Of a stretch of 17,535 bases of DNA, positions 6,946 to 13,031 are shown piece by piece. Position 1 is the stretch's first letter; the number at the start of each line of letters is the position of its first letter. The DNA comes from Halogeometricum borinquense DSM 11551. Its GTDB lineage: Archaea; Halobacteriota; Halobacteria; Halobacteriales; Haloferacaceae. The position numbers were made by a program, and so were the translations under genes. The notes beneath the pieces are model-generated. The model saw only the letters and a list, made by a program, of their open reading frames with translations. It searched no databases and had not been told where the DNA came from. The stretch covers positions 1 through 17,535 of the forward strand of contig NC_014737.1 of NCBI RefSeq assembly GCF_000172995.2, given 5' to 3'.

Positions 6946-8832
6946 ATGCCGATGGACCTTGAGGACATCGAAATCACGGGAATCGAGGATGTTCCAGTCA
7001 CCGAATCGCTCGCCTACCACGGCCCGCCGGGTACCGGGAAGACGTCGAAGTCGGCGGCCCGGGTAGCGAAGCTCATCCAGGACCACGACTACGGCATCGA
7101 GGACGTCGCCTGGGTGACCTACAGACGCTCGCTCGCCCGCGACACGCTCGCACGGCTGGCGTCCTGGGACATCATCGACCCGTCCGAGCTGGAGAACCCG
7201 AGCGACGGGGCCACCCGCTACATCGGCACCGCACACGCGGTCGCCAACCGCTGCGCTTCCATCGGCGAGGGTGTCGTCGAACCGTGGCACCGCTCCGACT
7301 TCTGCGAGAAGCGAGGGATGCAGTTCTGGACGTCGGAACCCTGGGAGGACAGCGCCGGGAAGCTCCTCTTCCGGGTTCTCGACTACCTCGCCAACGCGAA
7401 CACCACGCCCGAGGACAAGGCCGCGCTGCGCGAGTGCCCGCACACCGACGATCTCCGCGACCACTGGCAGGGCGACATCGTCGAGGCGTGGTACGAGTGG
7501 GAGGACTACAAGGGCCAGATGAACATCATCGACTTCCACGAGATGCTGAAGCGCCCGCTCCAGGAGGGCGAGTCTCCCGGACGGCCCATCCTCGTCATCG
7601 ACGAGTACCACGACGTCACCGCTCTGATGGACGCTCTCTTCCGGTCCTGGATGGAGGACGCAGAGATCGTCATCGTCGCCGGCGACCCGCACCAGGTGGT
7701 GAACGCCTACGACGGGGCCAGCCCGGCTTTCTTCGAGGACCTCGACCTCCCGACCGTCCTCCTGGACACTACCTACCGCGTCCCCGAAGAGCACTGGGCG
7801 CTCGCCACGCGCATGCTCGCCGACGCCCACACTCCGCCTGCGGTCACCCGCGACGGACGAGGGCGTGTGAACGACATCAACAGCCCGCGCTTCGAACACT
7901 CCGAAGAGAACGGCTGGGTGAACCTGCCGGGCCGCGACACGCCGGGGTCGCCGGGCTGGATCTGCGAGAAGTTCGGGCGTGAGGAGACGCTGTTCCTCAC
8001 CCGGACGCGGATGCAGGCCGACGGCGTCGGGGCAGCCCTCGAAGCCGCCGGCATCCCGTATCGCTCGCAGCCGGAGCTCCACGGCTGGAACACCGAGGAG
8101 ACCGACATCCGTCTCGCCGTCCACAACGCGCTTCAGAAGATCGAAGGGTACAGCCCGGCGAACTTCCGCTACGGCGGAAACAAGGCCTTCGGCGAGTACA
8201 CGGGGAACAACAAGAACCCCGCCGACATCTCGCTGAAGAACAGCGAGGCCGCGGCCCTCCTGGAGGCGACGTCGGCGCACGACCTCGACATCACCCGGTC
8301 CGATGCGAACGACCTCGTCGAGGAACTGCGCGACGACGAGGACGGCCACCTTACCCTCCGGGAGTTCGACGACTACGTCACGAAGTCGTTCTGGGAGCGC
8401 TACACCGCCGGCGCAGGATCGGTGAACCGGCTGAACAAGGGACCGTTCGGGTCCGGGTCGTCCGGCGAGCGCGAACTCCGGGCACTCCGGGCCGCGCTGA
8501 ACCGGCAGGACGGCCCGATCAGCCCCGACTCGATCAGCTGCCACGCCATCACCATCCACGCCTCGAAGGGGATGGAGGCCGACGACGTCGTCGTCTACGA
8601 CGGCATCAGCAACCGCATCCTCCGAGAGATCCAGGTGAACGACGAGTCCCGGCGGAACGAGTACCGCACGTGGTACGTCGCGCTCTCGCGGGCGAAGAAG
8701 CGCCTGCACGTGATGCGCGACGGGTTCGCCTGGACGAACAGCATCATCCCCGAGAACCTCCAGGCCGCGGCCCGCGAGGCCTACCAGGAAGGCCACGTGG
8801 ACGGCGATCTCCCCGGAGGTGAGACGGCGTGA
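6946..8832 (+). CDS. Superfamily 1 (UvrD/Rep/PcrA-like) DNA helicase
   Basis: Motifs read in order: I GPPGTGKT (nt 7021-7044); II LVIDEYHD; III VAGDPHQ; IV TTYRVP; V ITIHASKGMEADDVVV; VI WYVALSRAKKRL. The longest ORF starts at GTG 6940. GGAGGTGA (6932-6939) followed by 6 nt favours ATG 6946. Confidence 0.9.
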   Translation: MPMDLEDIEITGIEDVPVTESLAYHGPPGTGKTSKSAARVAKLIQDHDYGIEDVAWVTYRRSLARDTLARLASWDIIDPSELENPSDGATRYIGTAHAVANRCASIGEGVVEPWHRSDFCEKRGMQFWTSEPWEDSAGKLLFRVLDYLANANTTPEDKAALRECPHTDDLRDHWQGDIVEAWYEWEDYKGQMNIIDFHEMLKRPLQEGESPGRPILVIDEYHDVTALMDALFRSWMEDAEIVIVAGDPHQVVNAYDGASPAFFEDLDLPTVLLDTTYRVPEEHWALATRMLADAHTPPAVTRDGRGRVNDINSPRFEHSEENGWVNLPGRDTPGSPGWICEKFGREETLFLTRTRMQADGVGAALEAAGIPYRSQPELHGWNTEETDIRLAVHNALQKIEGYSPANFRYGGNKAFGEYTGNNKNPADISLKNSEAAALLEATSAHDLDITRSDANDLVEELRDDEDGHLTLREFDDYVTKSFWERYTAGAGSVNRLNKGPFGSGSSGERELRALRAALNRQDGPISPDSISCHAITIHASKGMEADDVVVYDGISNRILREIQVNDESRRNEYRTWYVALSRAKKRLHVMRDGFAWTNSIIPENLQAAAREAYQEGHVDGDLPGGETA

Positions 8833-10118
8833 GCACCGGCGCGTTCACGGTGCCGATGGAGACGTCGAGGCGCTACATCCCCGAGGAGATGAAGGAGTTC
8901 GACCACTGGGTCCTCTGGTCACCCGAGTTCGGGAAGCAGATCATGGCCCCGTGGGTGACCGGGCACTGCTACCCGGCCAGCTGGGGCGAGCAGGAGACCG
9001 AGCGTCCCGAGACGACCTTCGAGAAGGCGAAGATGCTCGCCGACCTCCCGACCGAGGAGGTCCACCGGACGTACCCGTTCCCGCCGAAGGACGGCGAGGA
9101 GGAGCCACACGTCCCGGAGCGCATCATCCCGACGTTCCTGCTGCTTCACGACCCACCGGAGCCACCGCTGATGCAGGTGGACTTCGACGACGTCCGGGAC
9201 CCCGCATCCGGGTGTGTCTCCGAGGAGGTCGAGGAGATCGTCGAACGCCTCGATGCGTTCACCGAGGTCTCGCAGTCTGGCGAGGGGCTCCACGTCTTCG
9301 TGAGGGCAGAACTCCCCGGCGGTCTCGGGAAGTTCATCGCCGAACTGGACGACGTCGGCGAGATAGAGATGTACGACCACGGGCGCGTCGTCGGCGCGAC
9401 CTGGAGGCACGTCGAGGGGACGCCGACCGACGTCCCCGAGCGGCAGGACGTCGTCGAGGACCTCATTAAGACCTACGAGAGCGAGGAGTACCGCCAGCGC
9501 CGGCTCCGCTCCTCGTCCGAGGATGCGTCGGAGACCGACTGGAACAGCGACGTCTCCGGGATCGAGGCCGCCATCCGGAACCGAGAGAACGACAGCTCCA
9601 GCAGCGGGCGGTCACCGTACTTCGACATCGACATCCGGTCCATCGCCGACACCGGCGACTTCTCGCGCTATCGACGAGAGACGCCGGGCGACGAGTGGCA
9701 GGGACCGCACCCGGCTCACGGGCCGATGCACAGCGACCCCGAGGAGTGTACGAACTTCGGGGTGGAACCGAGCGGGAACACCTGGTTCTGCTTCGCGCAC
9801 AACGCGGGAGGTCGCGCGATAGAGCTGGCCGCGGTCCTCGCCGACGAGGTGGACGTCAGCTGCGCCGACATCCCGAAGCGCGGTGCCGGCCAGGGCTGGC
9901 TGGGAGATCGTCCGGTGAAGATGCTGAAGACCTGCCTCTGGCTCCGTGATCACGCCGGCGTCCCCGACGACACGAAGCCACCCCACGCCGCGCTGCTGGG
10001 CGTGGCCGACGTCGAGGACCTCTACGTCCGTGACCGCGACCGCGGCATCCTCGGTGAGAAGAACGCCGAGCTGTGCCGGCGAGTCTTCGACGAGATGACG
10101 CTGGACTACTTCGAGTAG
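8829..10118 (+). CDS. Archaeo-eukaryotic primase superfamily primase-polymerase (PrimPol) with a C-terminal zinc-finger-like motif
   Basis: AEP motifs: QVDFDD (nt 9180-9191), SGEGLHVFV, IEMYDHGR. The C-terminal HPAHGPMH...CTNFGV...WFCFAHNAGGRAIELAA resembles a primase CHC2-type zinc finger. The GTG start overlaps the helicase stop (GTGA), and GGAGGTGA (8815-8822) lies 6 nt upstream. Confidence 0.9.
   Translation: MSTGAFTVPMETSRRYIPEEMKEFDHWVLWSPEFGKQIMAPWVTGHCYPASWGEQETERPETTFEKAKMLADLPTEEVHRTYPFPPKDGEEEPHVPERIIPTFLLLHDPPEPPLMQVDFDDVRDPASGCVSEEVEEIVERLDAFTEVSQSGEGLHVFVRAELPGGLGKFIAELDDVGEIEMYDHGRVVGATWRHVEGTPTDVPERQDVVEDLIKTYESEEYRQRRLRSSSEDASETDWNSDVSGIEAAIRNRENDSSSSGRSPYFDIDIRSIADTGDFSRYRRETPGDEWQGPHPAHGPMHSDPEECTNFGVEPSGNTWFCFAHNAGGRAIELAAVLADEVDVSCADIPKRGAGQGWLGDRPVKMLKTCLWLRDHAGVPDDTKPPHAALLGVADVEDLYVRDRDRGILGEKNAELCRRVFDEMTLDYFE
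9201..9212 (-). repeat. Copy 2 of the 12-mer (reverse complement CCCGCATCCGGG)
   Basis: Exact match inside the PrimPol CDS, just after the DFDD motif. Confidence 0.9.
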
Positions 10119-10227
10119 GCCAGCCCCTCCGCCCCCCGATCTTCTTCTGACCGACGTCGCCGATCTCCTCCAGGAGCAACTGCGCCTTCTCATCGACCCC
10201 CGTCTGTCCGACCTCTCTACTGTATAA

Positions 10228-10375
10228 GGGTGATTCGACCCCCCTTGCCATCTCAGTTTACCCGAAGTAAACCGCGCTTGCAGTCCTATTACTTAACTAC
10301 TGGGGTCAGTCGGGGGGTTCTGCGAGGAGAGTTTTCGACAGGTAATCTGAGATGGCAACCCGGGTCGAGTGACCC
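10228..10375. mobile_element. MITE-like element or long hairpin: 29-bp imperfect terminal inverted repeats around a 90-bp core
   Basis: Left arm GGGTGATTCGACCCCCCTTGCCATCTCAG (10228-10256). Right arm CTGAGATGGCAACCCGGGTCGAGTGACCC (10347-10375). They are 24/29 complementary, and the inner 12 bp are perfect. TAA lies on both flanks (10225-10227, 10376-10378). There is no ORF inside. Confidence 0.45.
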
Positions 10376-10419
10376 TAATATAGTCATGCCACTTCTGAAC
10401 CACCTCGATCTCGACCTAC

Positions 10420-10431
10420 CCCGGATGCGGG
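10420..10431 (+). repeat. Copy 3 of the 12-mer CCCGGATGCGGG
   Basis: Exact match, intergenic, about 180 nt upstream of recombinase gene 1. It shares CCCGGATGCGGGGG..TCG with copy 5. Confidence 0.9.
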
Positions 10432-10454
10432 GGGTCGAGGATGCCGGGTTTCGA
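10423..10454 (+). repeat. Two tandem imperfect 16-bp repeats (GGATGCGGGGGGTCGA / GGATGCCGGGTTTCGA)
   Basis: Read directly. The first unit overlaps copy 3 of the 12-mer and sits inside a nested hairpin CTCGACC...GGTCGAG (10410-10416/10433-10439). Confidence 0.5.
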
Positions 10455-10596
10455 GGGGTGTGGAGCCTGAGCCGCCTGAATCGGTGATTTACCGACTCAT
10501 GCCGATAGCTGGATTAGTGACATGAGACGTTTCGACGGAACGGCTGAGCCGTCCGAAATTAGCCTCTTCAGAGGTTCCCGGGTAACTTTCCCAGCG

Positions 10597-10602
10597 TTTA
10601 TA
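10597..10602 (+). promoter_or_regulatory. TATA box TTTATA for recombinase gene 1
   Basis: It lies 25-30 nt upstream of the in-frame ATG at 10627, which is leaderless geometry. It is only 13-18 nt upstream of ATG 10615. Confidence 0.45.
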
Positions 10603-10614
10603 CTGACATGACTC

Positions 10615-11295
10615 ATGTCAATATCTATGGGAACTGGCCATTTCAACAAGGACCGCATCACCCACCTCGAACGGTACCGGCCACTGGAACCCGACCAGAT
10701 CCCCACCTGGAAGGAAGCCGCCAAGGATGGGAAGCCCATCGAGGAACTGCTCGGACTCACCCTCCTCCACACAGGGATTCGCCGGACGACGATGGCGCAC
10801 ATGACAGAAGCCTGGCTGAACCTCGACGACGAAGAGAACCCGCACGTGAAGATCCCGCCTCGTCAAGAGTGTACGCTCGGTCGCGGGAAGCAGGGAAGCG
10901 GTGGCGACACGAAGAACACCGGACAGCCCTGCTACAACTGCCGCGAGAAACGCCCCGGCTACTGGAAGCCGAAGTCCCACCACGGCGTCCGCCCCATCCC
11001 GATCCGTGAGGAAGACGTCGAAGAGATCCTCCGGAACTACTTCTCGGTCCACGACACCGTAGGAGGCCGGGAGAAGGTGAACTACTACGTTGAGAAAATC
11101 TCCGACCGCGCCGATCTCGGACGCGAGGTCACACCCCACGACCTCCGGAACACGTACGGAACGAGACTGGCGCGGAAAGGCTTCACACCCCACGAAATCA
11201 TGCATCTGATGGGTCACTCCTCCATCGGCATCGCTCGATTCTACATCAAGATGAGCGGTACCCGCCTCGGGCTGGCCTACGACGAAAAATGGTAG
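10615..11295 (+). CDS. Tyrosine recombinase/integrase (short form with a Cys-containing insertion)
   Basis: Catalytic signature: HTGIRRTT (Arg I), WKPKSHHGVRPIP (Lys hairpin), HDLRNTYG (H-x-x-R), GHSSIGIARFY (His/Tyr). Cys insertion: C..x..CYNC. The TATA spacing suggests the true start may be ATG 10627. Confidence 0.9.
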   Translation: MSISMGTGHFNKDRITHLERYRPLEPDQIPTWKEAAKDGKPIEELLGLTLLHTGIRRTTMAHMTEAWLNLDDEENPHVKIPPRQECTLGRGKQGSGGDTKNTGQPCYNCREKRPGYWKPKSHHGVRPIPIREEDVEEILRNYFSVHDTVGGREKVNYYVEKISDRADLGREVTPHDLRNTYGTRLARKGFTPHEIMHLMGHSSIGIARFYIKMSGTRLGLAYDEKW

Positions 11296-12107
11296 AGGAG
11301 AAGACGCTCACCGACTACAACGGACGACCGCTCGCCGACGCCAGCCAGCCCCTCGACCAGGAGCAGCTGGCCGCGTGGCGGGAGGCCGCCCTGGAAGCCG
11401 ACGGCGTGAAGCGCCTCGCCGGACTGCTGTCGCCGTACACGGGCTTGCGGAACTCCACGGTCGCGCACCTGCGCCCCAGCTGGGTCGTCTACAAGACGAA
11501 GATTCCCGAAATCGTGGTTCCCAGCGAAGCCCCGTGCAACCTCGGGAACGGTGACGACGCCTGCTACCGGTGTCAAGTGAACCGAGACGGCACCTGGAAG
11601 CCGGAGAGTCCCCACGGCGCACGTCGCGTTCCGGTTCCCGACGAGGACGTCGTCGAGGCGCTCAGGGACTACTTCGCGCTCTACGACAAGCTCCGCACCG
11701 AGCAACGGCTCCGCACCTACCTGAAGGACCTCGTCAAGGACGCCAGCCTCCAGCGCGACGTGAACGCGCACGCTCTTCGACACACCTACGGAACGATTCT
11801 CGCCCGGAAGGGCTTCGAGATCGAGACGATGCGCCAGGCGATGGGGTACTCGATGGACGAAGACAACGGGCGCTTCGCGGTTCGTCGATACATCCAGTTC
11901 GTCGATGAACGCGAAGAGGAGAGGTACGCCTGTGGGGCTGACCGAGCGCAGGGTGGCACCTGTGAGATGCCGGTAGACACGCCCGACGCGCGCTGTTACG
12001 TCCACGACGACCGCGTCATCACCTGTTCGGCGACGAACCGGTACGGCGAACCCTGCCACCGGATCGTCGATCAACTCACCCAGCGCTGCGCGTTCCATCA
12101 AGACTGA
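11289..12107 (+). CDS. Tyrosine recombinase/integrase paralog with a C-terminal tandem CCCH extension
   Basis: It overlaps the upstream gene by 7 nt. Motifs: YTGLRNST, WKPESPHGARRVPVP, HALRHTYG, GYS...RRYIQF. Same Cys insertion (C..x..CYRC). It adds two C-x9-C-x10-C-x2-H units at nt 11931-12098. Confidence 0.9.
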   Translation: MVEEKTLTDYNGRPLADASQPLDQEQLAAWREAALEADGVKRLAGLLSPYTGLRNSTVAHLRPSWVVYKTKIPEIVVPSEAPCNLGNGDDACYRCQVNRDGTWKPESPHGARRVPVPDEDVVEALRDYFALYDKLRTEQRLRTYLKDLVKDASLQRDVNAHALRHTYGTILARKGFEIETMRQAMGYSMDEDNGRFAVRRYIQFVDEREEERYACGADRAQGGTCEMPVDTPDARCYVHDDRVITCSATNRYGEPCHRIVDQLTQRCAFHQD

Positions 12108-12122
12108 CCTTCTGAGCCTCCA

Positions 12123-12134
12123 CCCGCATCCGGG
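12123..12134 (-). repeat. Copy 4 of the 12-mer (reverse complement)
   Basis: Exact match, intergenic. It lies 16 nt after the recombinase-2 stop and 25 nt left of unit A. Confidence 0.9.
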
Positions 12135-12159
12135 CGAGGACTGAACTGGGTTCGAGAAC

Positions 12160-12212
12160 CGACCGTCCTAAACAACATCGGGGCGGTGAATAGGAAAGTG
12201 TTGTTTAGGGCG
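12160..12212. repeat. Palindromic unit A (14-bp stem, 21-nt loop); direct copy of unit B
   Basis: CGACCGTCCTAAACAACAT (12160-12178) and AAAGTGTTGTTTAGG (12195-12209) are identical to unit B. The arms CGTCCTAAACAACA / TGTTGTTTAGGGCG pair with one G-T wobble. It lies between the convergent stops at 12107 and 12228. Confidence 0.75.
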
Positions 12213-12227
12213 TGAAGAGAAATCGGC

Positions 12228-12824
12228 TCACTTCCCGAGGTACTTCGTTCGAACCTTGTCGCCCTCGCGCCACTTCGCATAGCGGTAGGGACCGTGAGGA
12301 CAGCCATCGCAACCGGGTCCACACGGCACTTTCATCTTGTAGACGTTCACCGAGACGCCGTCTGGAACCTCGTCCAGGTCGTCGCCATCAACATCTTCCT
12401 CGACGTCGTCCACCTCGCCCTCCGCTGGCGGTTCCTCCAGCTGCTCTCTCGCTTCGGCTTCGAGGAACGCAGCACGCTCTTCGGCCCAGTCGGCGAGGTC
12501 GCGGAGCCGATCTGCGCCCTGCCGTTCAACGGCCTCGACCACGTACTTCGGAAGAGACGCCGGCGGACGCGGCTCGGTGCTGGGCGCATCCTCCACGCCA
12601 CCGGGGTCGTCGCGCGGCACGATTTCCTCGACGTTGGTGAACTGAAGACGTCGAACGACGAGGTCCTCTTCCTCAACGTCCAACGGTCCGAAACCCAGGA
12701 ACCGGTGGTCGTCTTCGAGTTCTACGACGCGCCAGCGTTCTCCTTCGACTTGGAACCCATCGTAGAGGACGATGTCGCCGGGCTGGAGCCGGTCGCGGAT
12801 GATGTTTCGTTCTCGGATGCTCAC
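12228..12824 (-). CDS. Acidic hypothetical protein with a C-terminal Cys-rich PHGPY zinc-ribbon-like motif
   Basis: 198-aa ORF. GTG at 12824 is the only possible start, because an in-frame stop lies 3 codons upstream. GGTGAT lies 5 nt upstream. The C-terminus is VPCGPGCDGCPHGPYRYAKWREGDKVRTKYLGK. GC3 is high. Confidence 0.8.
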   Translation of the reverse strand: MSIRERNIIRDRLQPGDIVLYDGFQVEGERWRVVELEDDHRFLGFGPLDVEEEDLVVRRLQFTNVEEIVPRDDPGGVEDAPSTEPRPPASLPKYVVEAVERQGADRLRDLADWAEERAAFLEAEAREQLEEPPAEGEVDDVEEDVDGDDLDEVPDGVSVNVYKMKVPCGPGCDGCPHGPYRYAKWREGDKVRTKYLGK

Positions 12825-12893
12825 GGTGCATCACCGGTAGTGATTCGTTCGGGGTGCAGTGGGTGGTCGTGCATGGTGATCTGGACGGAGTGG

Positions 12894-12947
12894 CGACCGT
12901 CCTAAACAACATTCCAACCTCTATTGCCAAAAGTGTTGTTTAGGACG
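12894..12947. repeat. Palindromic unit B (perfect 14-bp stem, 22-nt loop); direct copy of unit A
   Basis: CGACCGTCCTAAACAACAT (12894-12912) and AAAGTGTTGTTTAGG (12930-12944). The arms CGTCCTAAACAACA (12898-12911) / TGTTGTTTAGGACG (12934-12947) are perfectly complementary. The loop sequence differs from unit A. Confidence 0.75.
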
Positions 12948-12958
12948 CAGAGAAGCCA

Positions 12959-12970
12959 CCCGGATGCGGG
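12959..12970 (+). repeat. Copy 5 of the 12-mer CCCGGATGCGGG
   Basis: Exact match, intergenic, 11 nt right of unit B. Confidence 0.9.
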
Positions 12971-13001
12971 GGTCGGTTCGCGGTCCATCGTACCCCAGCG
13001 G

Positions 13002-13006
13002 TTTAA
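13002..13006 (+). promoter_or_regulatory. TATA-like TTTAA upstream of 13032
   Basis: It lies 26-30 nt upstream of ATG 13032, consistent with a leaderless transcript. Confidence 0.35.
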
Positions 13007-13031
13007 CCGGGTTCCTCACCTCGATGACAGT

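Noticed and set aside
6517-8796. 759-aa ORF antisense to the helicase, and similar antisense ORFs (3137-4228 +, 5624-6259 -, 10618-11217 -, 11277-12101 -, 12294-12905 +, 12921-13490 -, 16169-16654 -, 16920-17318 -)
   Set aside because: The reason is the same. They have no motifs and non-halophilic composition, and each lies opposite a frame with clear catalytic motifs or acidic, high-GC3 coding character.
10402-10413. 12-mer ACCTCGATCTCG repeated at 17492-17503, considered as attL/attR for a 7-kb sub-element
   Set aside because: By my rough estimate, tens of exact 12-mer pairs are expected by chance in a 17.5-kb GC-biased window. There is no extended similarity around the pair.
12160-12947. 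Calling units A and B true integron attC sites
   Set aside because: The arm cores (GTCCTAAAC / GTTTAGGAC) do not fit RYYYAAC / GTTRRRY without an extra base. The recombinases sit downstream of the cassette rather than divergently upstream. I saw only one cassette. I kept this as an analogy only.
12924-13031. N-terminal extension of the 13032-13430 CDS back to the track's start at 12924
   Set aside because: The extension is basic and non-coding-like, and it would run through unit B and 12-mer copy 5. It also ignores the TTTAA box at 13002-13006, which is correctly spaced for a leaderless ATG at 13032.
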